Assembly: GCA_003971905.1 (NCBI GenBank)
Contig: RSEE01000030.1
Coordinates: 248,001-312,000, forward strand
Direction of reading: 5' to 3'
DNA from: Moniliella sp. 'wahieum'
Lineage: Eukaryota
DNA: 64,000 nt
Shown: positions 22,523 to 35,040 of the stretch, piece by piece
Layout of the letters: every line of letters starts with the position of its first letter
Numbering within the stretch: position 1 is the stretch's first letter
Program-made: the position numbers and the translations under genes
The notes under the pieces: model-generated
The model's database searches: none
What the model saw: the letters and a program-made list of their open reading frames with translations, nothing else
What the model was told of the DNA's origin: nothing

Positions 22523-23876
22523 TAGCACGGTACTCGTCCTGTCCTTGTCCCTCGCCAAAAGCCCGATACCCTTGAACCATGCACTTGCAGTACATAGGAG
22601 CTCTCGCTCCAGTATACTTCACCGAATCTGAGTGCTGGATGCTGGGACACAGGGATTGAATATTGAGGGACAAGGTACCGCCAGACCGACACAGCGCTCT
22701 GGCGCGGGGGGGGAGGCAGCAGCAGGGGGCAGTGTAAGCGCATGCCAAGCTGCCAGGGCACGCTATATATTCACTCTCAACATTCAAACTGGCAGCTGCC
22801 AAGCCGTGACCGGTGACCAGTGCTGCCAAGGGAAGGGCGAGGCGGGACAGTGGCGGGACGCGGCGGTCCAGCTTTTCTTGTCAGATCTCACATCTCACAC
22901 TCGGCCCGAGCACACTCTTGGATGCAGGGTGCATGACGTAGACGCGTGACGTCTCGCTTCTCAGATGGGAAAGCTTATCGCATTTCAGACTTCTACAAGA
23001 CCTTGCAAGGCCTTAAGCACTTAAGCGCCTTGAAGCGTCCAGTCCTACATCCCACCCCCCTGGTGCCTCCCTTTGCCTGCTCGTCTCCAACTTGAAGTTC
23101 AAGCTCAAGCTTGAGCTCAAGCTTGTGCGCTGAGCGCATCCTAATACAGAACTTTTTTTTGCCCGTGTACGTTGAAAACGTCGTTGATCGAACTGCGATA
23201 ACCGGTAACCCTTTGGTTTCTCTCTGTTACCCACAAAAGGAATAGCCTCTGTACCTCAGGCCTGAAGGCCTCAGTATGAATACCTCAAGTATTTTTACCC
23301 GTTTCCACAGTTTCCTTACCCGGTGACGTGCAGTACGCGCACGGCCCACCGTAGTCGCTAGTAGTCACTGTTAGTTAGTTACTCCTGTCACTATTAGCGT
23401 CACTCTCAGCATCTCCGTTCCCAGCATCTCTTGGCGCGTCGACCGCTCTAACATAGTAGAGCCCGCGGCCCCGGGACCTGATAGGACTGGTGATGCTTCC
23501 CGTAGGCCAAGCCAAGCCTAGCCCCGGGACACAGTGTGTGCGGGGGTCTCATCGTCAGCTCTCGAGACCAAAAACTCACCCATATGCAACAGCTGCTATA
23601 ATACCCTGTTGTGGCTGGGCAAGTCTGGGCATGCCAAGCTCTTGAGACTTTTAGGCTAAAAGGTGACAGTGACGACGCTTATAGAATCACCCACGGGCCT
23701 ATACTTCCCCCGATACTACTATAGCTATCATAATGCCGATGCCTCGTTTTCAGCCCCACTGCCATTCCATCATCGTTCGCCATTGGGCGGTTACACCACA
23801 TATTGTTTCCGTATTTAGCCTTTTCCTCTTCCTTCCAATCGTCGCCCCCCATCTTCCATCTCTCTCTACACTCACC

Positions 23877-24693
23877 ATGGGGTTTTCCCGCTTCCTGGAC
23901 CATCTGCGCCCACGCTCCCGTCAGACCATCAGCCATCCCATCCCGACAGCCCATAACCGGCGTCGCTCTGCCTCCCCTGACCTCCGAATGACGCTTCTGT
24001 CGGGGCAGTCGTGATTCCAGTGCACAATCCACCGACCCCGTTCTTCTTCCCCTTCCCACTGCACGTGCCACGAACGTTCACGTCTTCATCAGCATCTAGC
24101 GCATCGGCCACTTCCTTGGGTCGCTCAGGTCTGAACTCCGACGAGGGCGGAGAACAATTGGACGAATTGATTGTGAAGAAGCACCGTCCGGCCGTGGAAA
24201 CCATCAAGGATGGGAGTACTCATTCGTCCTCTTCACTCTCAAAGGACCATAATGACCATCAGACGCTTCGCCAACACGAGTCCGGCACCACCACCACCAC
24301 CACCATCACCGCCGCCATCACCACCGCAAAGCAACCTGCTCGAAAGAGCTTAATCCAAAAGACATCCCTTCCACCAACTGCCTGTACTGTCACCTCGCTT
24401 CCCACGTTCTAATCCAGCCGACGATCTCCCGCCAACCTAGTAGTTCATCGGAGTCTTCCTTGCAAAGAACCAAGACCCAAGCTCGACTTTCGTGGGAAGA
24501 AAAGCAGGGGACGGTAAAAGTGAATCGGTACGAATGCCCGACTCTCCTTCCCCCGACAGGCGCCGTCGGCCGCCCCCACGACCACGAACAGCGCGTCTCT
24601 CCGTTCCGAGTGCTCGCGATGCTCCTGCTGCCGTTCCTCTCCCCACATCCTATTCTCTCATTTGGCCCCATGCCCTTCTTGCCTCCACCTTGA
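23877..24693 (+). CDS. Hypothetical Ser/Thr-rich protein (frameshifted)
   Basis: CACCATGG start after a CT-rich leader; overlapping ORFs 23733-24014, 24011-24412 and 24460-24693 read as a continuous low-complexity protein. No family recognised. Confidence 0.3.
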
Positions 24694-24897
24694 CCCCCCA
24701 CCTTCATCGGTTGTGGCCAAAGGAACTCAAGGAAAGGCAATGGTCAGGACATGAATTGCAGTCGTGTTGGTAATCATCTACTCTTGTGTTAAGAGGCGTT
24801 GTAGGTTTTGTTGTCTTCACACCGGGTGAATGACTGTTGTTTGGTCGGGCGACGCATTATATATTGGGGCTTATCTCGTGTAAATGGAAGCCATCGC

Positions 24898-24986
24898 GGC
24901 GAGATAGCGAAGTGGTTAACGCGCTGTGTTCAGGTTCTTCCTAACCGCAGTCCTCCGGGGCGTGGGTTCGAATCCCACTCTCGTCA
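24898..24986 (+). tRNA. tRNA-Leu(CAG) with ~10 nt intron
   Basis: Acceptor GGCGAGA/TCTCGTC with discriminator A; anticodon stem CTGTG/CGCAG around TT-CAG-G; extended variable arm; T arm GTGGG-TTCGAAT-CCCAC; T7 terminator. Confidence 0.9.
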
Positions 24987-25161
24987 TCCGTTTTTTTCGT
25001 TCGTGGGCAGTCGTCTTTCTCGATTCAGCCATTGGATGTTCCATGCATTGCATGTAGTGCGACAGGACGATGCACAAAGGGCAAAGCTCGTGTCCAGATG
25101 ATACTGGGACACATTATGATCGCATTTCGTATAGTGGCCTCAATCTAATGAATCGTGCCTC

Positions 25162-25971
25162 TCACACTTTATCCTCGTCCTCTTTGACACCATAAGCGAC
25201 TTTGCGACGATACGTATTTTGATCCCGAAGCCATTGCCGGTACTCATGCAACGATCCAATCTTTCCCCCTGCAAAGACAATGGAAACACGCGCAGTCAAT
25301 AAACACATCAGAATGACGGTCACAGTTCTGGTTATTACGGTGGGAGAAAACGCACATAAAAATCAGGGATAGGGTTCTTTCCGGAGGTGGAAACCAAGGT
25401 CAGATTGAGAGCAGAGATAACAGCAACGGAGATGGAGAGGCGTACCTGGACGCTTTGCATCATGGGGTCCACACGGTTTTGACGGATATGGTCAAAGAAG
25501 GCCTTGTCTTTCTGGGCAATGGACTCGGCTTTAGACCGGTTCACCCACGCCCACAGAGTCGATCCAATTGCTGGGCCAAGGAGCAAACCAGCTCCCGTAC
25601 CGACTAGCACGCCCGCCGCCGAGAGAAGCATGGGTCAATACCGGCAAACGTAAAGGGCATCCCATTTGCGGTAAGATAAGCCGCACTGCCCACACCCGTC
25701 AGGAAGGTCGTGGGCCACGTGAAGAACATGCTGGCTGTGCGGCGCTGTTTGCGCAGCTTGAGGTATTCGTCCCATGTCACAGGTGCTTTCCCCTGAGCTG
25801 CAGCCTCGGCTGCGGCGGCAGCCTTTGACTGAGCGTGACGGGTGCTCTCGTGGCTGGCGCGGGGGGTGGGCTCGGCACAGGCGACGCTTGAGGAGACTAG
25901 TGTCCTGTTCGGGGGGGGTAAGTCACGAGGCGGACCGGTGTGGGACGGAGGGCACTGTTGAGGATGGACAT
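25162..25971 (-). CDS. PAM17: Mitochondrial presequence translocase-associated motor subunit Pam17 (2 introns, frameshifts)
   Basis: MSILNSALRPTPVRL presequence; VTWDEYLKLRKQRR, FAGIDP, LLGPAIGSTLW, KDKAFFDHIRQNRVDP, NPIPDFY and GEKIGSLHEYRQWLRDQNTYRRK. Confidence 0.9.
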
Positions 25972-26411
25972 GTCCAAGAGAGGCAGTGGTAGCAGCCGGC
26001 CGGGCAAGTTGGCTGGCGGTAGTGCAGGTGTGGGGCCGTGCGCCGTAGCATGTAAGCGCTACGCCGTAATCGTATTGGGATTCCGAGGTGCGGAACACGG
26101 TGCCGAAAGCGACCAGCCGCCCACGTGACAAGCAGTCTCACCTGGGCAATGGGGAACGCATTGATGGTGGCGAGGCGTCGGAGTTCTGACTGAGTCTGAG
26201 ATCCGAGATGCACAAGCCGCGAAATGAAATTTGAACGATGGTTCCACGCTGGAAGCGGGACCCGCCATTCTACAGTCGCCTCGTCACCCGTCACCTGTAC
26301 TTGGCCAGTTGAAACATTGCAGCTGCAGCGAGCCAGACGTGTTGGTTCCGTTTCTTGACGCAGGCCATCTGATCTCGTGTGGCCTCATTGTGGTCTTGGC
26401 CGCCATCCATC

Positions 26412-26806
26412 ATGTCCAAGCGACGCGAGTATTCGTACGATGAGCTGGTGGCCCGCATCCACTACTCAGACAAGTATGCCGATGACGAGTGGGAGTACCG
26501 CCATGTGATTCTCCCCAAGCAACTTCTCAAGCAGCTCCCTGAGGAGTACTTTGACCCCAACGAGCCCGGGGTTCTGCGCAAGCTCACCGACGAGCAATGG
26601 CGCTCGATTGGCATCCAGCAATCGCCCGGGTGGGAGCACTACGAAGTACATGGTATGTTGTCGCTGTTTCGTACTTTCTTCTTCTTTTACACCCAAACAC
26701 CTTGTGTACTCTCTCTAACCACATTCCTTCGCCAGCCCCTGAGCCACACATCCTCCTCTTTCGCCGGGGGAGAGGACTAGCGGAGAAGTATGCAGAATAC
26801 CAATGA
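26412..26806 (+). CDS. CKS1: Cyclin-dependent kinase regulatory subunit Cks1/Suc1 (1 intron)
   Basis: IHYSDKYADDEWEYRHVILPK, WRSIGIQQSPGWEHYEVH|APEPHILLFRR; intron GTATGT..CTAAC..CAG at ~26653-26735. Confidence 0.96.
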
Positions 26807-27198
26807 GCCATTGGAAGACTGCGTTCCTTATCTTCTCTATCTGAGCGCCGTGGGATGATAGAGATCCCAGACCTCCCGCTTCAAAACCAGTCTACGTCGG
26901 CTTGTTGTCCATGTACCACGTGTGCCTGTCTCATTCTCCCCATACCCGATCAATTCGTTTATATGGAGGAAACGGCTAGGGAAGGCAAATAGCTATGCAT
27001 GGCAGCAAAGCATGCATGCATGCACTCTTCAATCGCAGGAGTCCAATCGCAATGGGCGCGGCAGGCTTTGTTGGGTTGAGAGTACCGCTCCGCATCCCAG
27101 TGTCCAGCAATGGGGCGAGGAAAGCTGCCAAGACGAAGGTTGCGAGAGTGGGAGGGGCGAGATCCATGGCACAGCTCTCCGGTAGATGAGTTCGTAGT

Positions 27199-27739
27199 TT
27201 AGCAGGTGTCGTCGTGAAATTGCCATTGAGTCTTCTTGGGGTTGCTGGGCGCAGTGCGAACATATCTGTCGTTCCCTGGAGGCAGCTCCTTTTTCTGTAC
27301 AGCAGGTACGTTAGCTTTGAAAGAGCAGAGGTCAAGCGAACATACCTTGCACGAAGCAAGCATGCTCTGGAGCGTCAACAGGATGGCCTCGACGCTGAGC
27401 ACGGGGGACCACTCGTCTCCCAAGTGTTGGCACAAATGTGGCCGTTGCTGTAGATATGGGGGTGCATGGGTGCTTGCCAAGGGGCGGGCGAGGTGACAAA
27501 GGTCACCTCTGGACATTCGAATGGGTAGCGGCTGTCAAACTTGACCCGTACTCGGAACGTTTCGCCTTCAAACACCGAGTTGCCCACAGACGCTTAATGA
27601 AAAGATCCACTGGCAGAGAACCGGCGCTACCTCCTGCAGCCTCGTCGCTGACGCTAACGAGCGCAATGCCAGCCGGGCATCCCTTGGTGCGCAGAGCTCG
27701 CAACTCCTTGGCAATTCGTTTTCCCGATGCTCCAGACAT
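27199..27739 (-). CDS. Ubiquitin-conjugating enzyme E2, UBE2W-like
   Basis: KRIAKEL, FDSRYPFECPEVTFV, PMHPHIYSNGHIC (catalytic Cys), WSPVLSVEAILLTLQSMLASCK|KKELPPGNDRYVRTAPSNPKKTQWQFHDDTC. The FHDD tail is typical of UBE2W. Confidence 0.92.
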
Positions 27740-28439
27740 GTGGTGGGAAAAAGAAGAAAGCAGTTGTGGTGGCTGCCCAGGAGGTGGCAAATGATCCGAG
27801 TGGAGCTTGTAGCTGGGAGGGGGGCGTCTACGTACAAGCTCCGGTCGTTGCTCGGCCGTTCGACCTTCAGGTGGCCGCCTCAGAGCACCCAGGCTCAGGC
27901 GCTCAGGCCCCAGCCTGTGCTCAACCCGAGGGCAGGCCTTTTGTCCATGCGTACAACTTGAACGTTCAATATATCGCCACGCCTCGCCTCGAGCATCATC
28001 GATCGATCATCGATCACATGATCGGTCACCTGACCTGACATGTGACAGGCTGATCATAACCACGCTACCTCCCTCTCGGACCACCACAACCACCCACTTG
28101 CTTGCCTTCCTGCAACCATCCAACTGTCGTTTCCATCGGCCTTTCAATCTACCACTGCTAGGGCCACCAGCCACCCCCTCCTCCTCACCATGGTAGGCAA
28201 GCTGCCAACTTCAATGAACCAGCCCATCCTCGGACAAGACACAGGACAATCATAACCCTCTACTTTCCCTCTCGAATCAACAAAAGCAGAACATATAACC
28301 CCGCAATGTGACCTGTGACGGCCTTCTGTATGTGCTTTCTGATCGTCTCCTCAGGCCTTGGCACCATCTTTTGTCCCCTTCCTATGTATTTACCGCGTCA
28401 CCTAGTCCAGTGGAATGAGGAGAAGAGCCACGAGATTTG

Positions 28440-29417
28440 ATTGTGGATCACACCAGTAGGCAACATGGATTGATCTTCTCCCCATGGCCGAGTTTGCTTA
28501 CAACCCTTCTCCCCACTTCAGTACAGGCGCGTCCCCTTTTTCCTTTTACGTATATGGCTACTCGCCCCACGGCGAGTTAGCGGCAGCGTCGTCGGCCGTG
28601 CCGGACGTCGCATCGTAATACCTCGAGGGTCTCCGCTCGGCCCAGGCAGTAGCTCGGAAGACGCTGGCCGCAGCCCGGGGGCGGTATCTGCACTAATACG
28701 CTGAGCCTGAGCCACACCGAGGCCGACTCCTTTGAAAAGTTGGTCAACCTGTTTTGGTTCGTCGCGATGGCTACTTGTCCACCCAACGCCCTTCCGAAGG
28801 GTTGGATTACCGCCGCTGGCTGGGTCCTTTTCCAATTGTCCGTGCTGTCGTCCGTGCTGCGTATCAAGTTCGCCTGTCTGATTTGCTTCATATCCACGAT
28901 GTGTTCCCCATCTCCCGGTTGCGCGCCTACAGTCCAGAGGCGACAAGGCCTTTAACCACTTGGTCGAGCCCCCTCCCCCCCTTCCCGAGTATGCCGACTA
29001 TGGGGCGGTTCATCACGAGGTCCAGGAGGTTCTTGACTCCCGCCGTAATAAGGGTCGCGGTGGACGTATCGAGTGCTTTGTTCATTTCCGAGGCTACCCT
29101 ATCCAGGAGCGGGAGTGCATGCCAGCTGCGGACATGTCCATTGACGCCGACCCGGTGGTTCGTTTCCATGCGACGTATCCCGACAAGCCTGTTTCCCGCG
29201 CCCGTCGCATGGCCCTTGCCCTCCTACTCCAACGCCGGGGAGGTAAGGTCTGAAAGGAGGCAATGTCATCGAATGACCAAACTCGCTCCAATTTCCAATT
29301 CTGTGAATCCCGTGTCTCTCGCTCTTCCTTTCCCTTTTGCTTCTGTTCTCTGTTATCTGTGCGATGCCTTCTGTTTCCGCCCACGAACGATCTTGCCTTT
29401 CCCCTCCGCCTCTGACA
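28440..29417 (+). mobile_element. Decayed Ty3/gypsy chromovirus 3' end: integrase C-terminus, chromodomain, purine tract and short putative LTR (29264-29417)
   Basis: WIDLLPMAEFAYN..STGASPF; KVGQPVLV..RPSEGLDYRRWLGPFPIV..AYQVRL..IHDVFPISRLRAY (GPF/Y module); HEVQEVLDSRR..GRIECFVHFRGYP (chromodomain). GAAAGGAGGCAA is followed by TGTCA...TGACA. Confidence 0.88.
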
Positions 29418-30299
29418 GAGCCCTGGTCTCCCTCGTTTAGTCCCGACTGTTATACCACCCGCAAACAGTGGCTCGCTAGTATAACCGCATAATGGAACTA
29501 CAACCCCACCTTAGTTCCCCCCCTTTTCCCTATATACCACATCAACCGATTGTGGGATGATATATGATAGCTTGCCTAGCTGTGGCGCCCTACCGACCCG
29601 CACCCGCACCGGTCCACTCGGTTACCGCTCTGCCTGACGCGCGCAGCCCCCTTCCCTTTCCCCCTCTATTTGGGTTGCGCTAGTTGCCGTCTCCTTGCCG
29701 TCGCAACGCTCTTCGCTCTAGGTGTGACCTTGTTACCGCTCAGTGCTACCGTTGGATTAACCCGCTAATAGCTTGAAGACTGCACATCGAATAGAGTGCT
29801 CAGCTTCCCCGGCACAACATTACCTTCCACAGCAACACCCTTCCTTTGCTCACAATGTCCGACGAGCATACGAATCCTGTGTTCCTGTAGACCATCGCAT
29901 CGTGAAGATCCTCCGCGGACGGTACCGAGCTTCACCCCTATCCCGGGCTGCGGGTCCGAAGGCATATGTTGCATACACGACAAAGGGAGGAAGCGGTAAG
30001 GTTCGTGGTCATGAATACGAGAGGAAAAGATGGGGGGGGCATCGTCGTAAGAGCAAAGGCCATCTCCACACATTGCATCAGGTTCCAACACTATCAGAGG
30101 GAAAGGGCAAAATGAGTGGAGTAGGATCCACGGAAGCGTCTGGAATAGCCGCTTCTGTCCTCAGGCAATGGTGCCATACTGTCTCTCTAGTTAGCAACAC
30201 TGAGCACACAAAGCGACCCACAGCACCATTTCCCACTGCCGCCCCCCCCCACGGATCAGTTGTGTCTCGCCAGGGTGAAGAACAGGAAGGAAGAAACAA

Positions 30300-30692
30300 A
30301 TAACTTACCGTTGTTATGCTCCCCTGTTTCTTGTCAGTTGCCGTCGACGAGGCGGGTGACGTGGGAGTTGCGACAGCAGTGGGGCGGGTGGATATGCTGG
30401 TGCGGCGGCTGGAGCGCGGGCTGCCCATAGTGGCACGAGCCGTGCGCGGCGAGCGCACGACTGTAGGCAACAACGGCTCGTACTTGCCCCTGCGGTAGAC
30501 AAACCCGTGGGGCCCGTAGCGCTCGCATGCTTGCGTGTAGAGCCAGACGACATACAGTGCCCAAACGTGGCCCACGATGGGCAGAATGCTGGCTAAGGTG
30601 GACCAGGTCCAGATGCCGCGCACCCAACTTACTGCGCCAGGAGGACAGACGAGTGCAGCCAAGTACAGCACAACGGTCTGCCGTGTGAGCAT
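30300..30692 (-). CDS. Pmp3/UPF0057-like small membrane protein with C-terminal tail
   Basis: VVLYLAALVCPPGAV..RG...ILPIVGHVWALYVV resembles the Pmp3 two-helix motif (PP.AV, PG.I.A.Y.I). The 3' end is uncertain, with a possible intron donor near 30308. Confidence 0.55.
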
Positions 30693-32273
30693 GATGGTGT
30701 GGGTTCGAGGAGAGAGTGGGAAGTAATGAGCTGAAGGCTTAAGCTAGGGCTGAGGAGTGAGGCCAGTGAGGCCTGGAGCGCTTTTGGCGAGAGCTTGGCC
30801 CACCGGCTAAGGTGCTAAGTACCCCACAGCCCCAAAGCTAAATAAGAAGATTGCTGCGCTTATCCAGCCTCTCGATTTTTCAATGACGGTCTCTCTCGAT
30901 GATCGATGAGGTGACCGCGATGTACGTAAATTATAGTTAACCTGGAGTCCAGATGGTCCCTCGAGGGTGATGCAATCGCACTAGTGGTGGTGGTGGTCTA
31001 AGCCAACCAGCAACGCCTACAGAGGAACATCAAGCAGCGAGTCGCCACCAGGGGCTAAGCTGCGGAACAAGGAAAAACAGGAGAGAAAAACAACGGAACT
31101 CCTAGGCCTGAGGAGGAACTGAAGCTTGAAGCTCTTGAAGGGACATTGACCAAAAAGCACGAGAGCCACCTGAGGCATCAGGCCTCAGGCCTGATGGCTC
31201 AACAAAGTTCACCAACGATCGATCAGATCAGACCAAATCGAGGCCCGCGGCCGAGAATACTAAGCCGAGAGAGTTGTGCTATATCTAGTTGGTATCTTCA
31301 TAAAATGTGCCAGCCACGTACTATATACGGCAGCGGCACGTATATACTAGCGGACGGGTTATACGTTAACTGATCAGCATTCCACACCTCTATTACCATT
31401 CCACTCTCTCTTTATGCTGCGATTATCTCCCTGGCCAGCAGGGGTGAGCGGAGAGCGGAGCGGACAAAAAGTCGGTTGTGAGCAATCGCAGTACTCAGTA
31501 GACACCCAGCTTAAAGAAGGCGTGGAACCGAGCACCGGTGCCGATGAACGGTTCCGTCCCACCTTGGGCCACTGTTACCGCATGAGCAAGAGGAAGCCAG
31601 GGGGAGCGCTGAACATTTCTAGGCCGCTCGGGCATCTTTTCGTTCCAGCCAACCGTGCCAGATGAAGCAGCGGAAGAGTGAGCTTTTAGCGCCATTGAAA
31701 GCAACCGAAGAAGCGGCAGAAGCGCCAACAGGCGAAGCAGGCTTAGCAGCTCCGGCTGGGGATTTCGAGAAGCACCAGCCGCGGAGGCCACCGTAACTAC
31801 ATAGCACCCAGTGTCCGTGCGAGGAGTACGAGCCGTCAGGCCTCAGGCCTCAGGCCGGGTGCGGGAAAGCAATCGCAGTAGCTAGACGGACAGCTTCGCG
31901 ATTTAGTAGAAAGGCCAGTGACGCGAGTGACGAAGGCGGCGAGCGGGGGCGGATTTCTGTGGTTTTGTACCGGTGCCCTCCGGCCCACATCGCCATTGGC
32001 CTCACATGTCCTTTTCATGCCTTCCCCACACCTTGTTCCAAGCCAACTCGGCACCATCTCAACAACCCAGGCAAGCTATGATTCCCACAAGGATGGCCAC
32101 ATCACACCAAGGCACTACAGGATATTCTCTATGGGCAAGCAAGGCATGGCGGCCTTGCATAGGAACGGCCAGACAACTTCGCGGCCGGGGAGACCAGCTG
32201 ACCTGAACATGATGAGATACACACGTACTTCGAACCAGGGCAATGAGCAAGGGAGAAAGCGAGGGACAGAGTA

Positions 32274-33900
32274 TTACGCGGCGGCTTGCACAGGCGCAGA
32301 GGTAGAATGGTCGTTGGCGGGCGTGGGGGTGTCCTCGGCGGACTTTTGGTTCTTGGCGGACTGAGTCGATTTGTCCTTGACATCCTTGTCGGTGGACGAA
32401 CCTTGTGGACGCACCTTGCGGTCCATCGCCTGACCCATGGCCGACGTGCGGAAAACGTAGCCGCGCGTCTTTTCAATCACGTCATTGTACATGGCCTGCG
32501 GCGGCTGGTTCATATACACCATCCGCTCCTTGAGGTCGATCTTGGCGTCCACGTTGGACTCCCGAATAAGGTTAACGACCCATTTCTCCCCCTCTTCAGG
32601 CGACAGGTTGAGGCGCGTGGACAGGTTAGTAATGTCAACGCGGTGATGAACTCCGCAGTACAGTTCCGACACGAGCCAGCGAGCAGACTCAAGGAACTGC
32701 TCCTTGTGCTCAGCCAAGAAGAAGTCATTGTCCACCACGAGTTCGGCTTTAGCAAGCTCGGCCTGGGCCGCCTCAAAGTCAAAGTCGTCAAAGAGGACAA
32801 GGATGAATTTGAGGACTGGGTCCACCGGGCCCACAGGACGAGCACTCTCCCCGGGAAGAAGCGGGGCCGGGTCCTCAAGATCCTCCTCACGGCGGTCTTG
32901 TTCGGCGAGGAGCACCTTGACAAGCTCCCGCATCGCATTCTGCGTGTAGAGTTTCGTCGTGGCAGCACGATCGGCACCCGCCGCGGCCGAACCAGCCTGG
33001 AGCACATGGTATGCGCGAGTCGTCCGACGGGTCAAGACGAGAGCCACCACCAAGTACCGCAACAACCACGGCGCTGACGTTTGCACGGCGCTCAGGTAGG
33101 CGGGGGAGAAAAAGTGCTCCACCAGCAGCTCACGGCCTTGAGGGTGGTTGAAGTAGACAAACAATGACCAGTGCAAGAGCCAGACCCGTTTCTTGAGCAA
33201 CTGCTCATTCACCCCTTGTCCGGAGCTCAAACCGGTTGCAGCCCCATCGAGCGTGTCGGCCAGGTGAGAGGCATTCGTGTAATCGGCACTCACTGTCGCC
33301 CCAGCCCCTGCACCACTGTCGATCTGATCCCGTAGCAGCTTGAGCTCCACCAATGCATCGTCCCAGTTACCCAGGAGTGTATCGGCGGCCAGCTTGCCCC
33401 AGTAGGTCGACAGGGTCAAGGCCGGGTCTGTCGAGAAAACGCGGAAGTGGTAGAGGTAGCTGGAAGCGGCAGCGTAGTTACCCGAGCTGAACTGGAAGAA
33501 ACCATAGCGATAAAGGGCATTGATGTTGTCGAGCGACAGCCCATGCTGCTGCTCTAGAACCCTCAGGTTGCGCTGCTTGTCGTTGGTTAAGTTGCTGAGC
33601 ACAGTGGGGTCCTCAATGACCTTGATTGCAGGGCCAACAGCAGCATCAAGCTCCTTCTCCTTGGCCGCCACCGCCTCCTCAGACTTCTGGGCAGACTCAG
33701 GAAGGGGCTGTCCAGGGTACGCAGCCTGGAAAAGCTCGTTGGCGAACTGGGCCATGTCGGTGCCACGCGCAAGCTCGTATTGGGCTTTGGCCAGGTCGGC
33801 TTCGTTGAAGAGATCGGTGCTGCTGAGGAATTGAAGCATGGGGATGGCCAAGTGGCGGTCCACATGTTGCAGGAACTTGCCGGTCAGGTCGTACGGCCAT
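32274..33900 (-). CDS. INT6: Translation initiation factor 3 subunit E (Int6)
   Basis: YDLTGKFLQHVDRHLAIPMLQFL, LYRYGFFQFSSGNY, WGKLAA, KKRVWLLHWSLFVYFNHP, and a PCI domain with EEGEKWVVNLIRE..DAKID. The true ATG at 33900 is separated from the long ORF by an indel. Confidence 0.96.
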
Positions 33901-35040
33901 GTTGGGCAGGTGGGCAGCAACAAGCGACAGGAGGATGGGAAAGAGGTGGTCGGTTGGTCGTGCTAGCCTGTCCAGGCAGCTGAAGGGGGCGGCGGCGGCG
34001 GGGGGGGGAAAAAGGCGAAAAGGGAAGAATTTGCTGCAGGCACAGCGCCACTCTTCTGCGTTTTATACATTTCAATGGCACTGAACCCTAACGCCTCCGC
34101 TTTACAGGGGGGGCACCAGTGGGGCACCACCGACGAGGCCCCCACCGGCCCTGGACCAGCCCTTCGCTCCCTCGACGCGAGTGCGGTATATACTCAAGCA
34201 GCTGGTCTCTTCCTTGGCCTTACCTTGCTCGAGCCAAATATATTAGCAGGAGGACATGGCATGAGTGCAGTGATGGGGCTACAAAGGAGGCGCACAAGAA
34301 AGTAATCCACTTAAATATGCATCCACTGCCGTCGACTCTCCCCCAGCTCTCCCCCGCACGCAGAACTTTGTCCTTTTGGGCAAAAAAAGAGTGCCTCCTC
34401 TTCCTTTCCGGACTTACTTTACTCCATACAACAAGGAGGTAACAGAGTTCCTCGGAGGGAGGTTCGTGGCATATCATGGGGCGGTAGAAGTCTATACACA
34501 AACCAGGAGCAACATATTCTCCGAAGAGATGTTAATTGGTGCCTGTGTGGGAGGAGGAACCAAGAGTAAAAGGTTTTTTACCCGTTACCTGTTCTGTCTT
34601 CCCACCCCGCTAAAAGGGCTGGCGACAGGTTGCTGATACACTTTGGATCCAGTGCCTACCATAGGGTGAGGAGTGGCAACAACGGGTTGGACGACTGAAG
34701 GAGGTCACGTTGGGCTACGCGTGTCAATGCCCACGGTCATGGGTCGGCGGCAGCCTGTGCTCCAGCAGCGCCGAACAGGCGCAGGTACCCGAGCCGTCCC
34801 GCTGGAAAAGCACAGGGGAGAGCGTTCAAGTTGAAAGTTGAACGTTGACGCTGGACGCAACACTGGCGCCGTGGCACCCCCGGAATGCGGGTGTGCCGGA
34901 GCCGGCGCTTGTTCTTGGTCCGGCGGCCCGGCGAGCGCGGCATGGGTGTCAGAAGCGGCCCCGTACTGAATCCGCCCGCCTATTTAATCCCAGCTGGGGT
35001 GCCTGCCATCTGCCCCACCATCTCCCCCGCCGCCGCCACC

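Noticed and set aside
24898..24986. tRNA(CAG) as evidence of CUG codon reassignment
   Set aside because: It has T33, G37 and discriminator A73 (leucine identity), and CTG codons fall at conserved Leu positions in proteins such as carnitine acetyltransferase.
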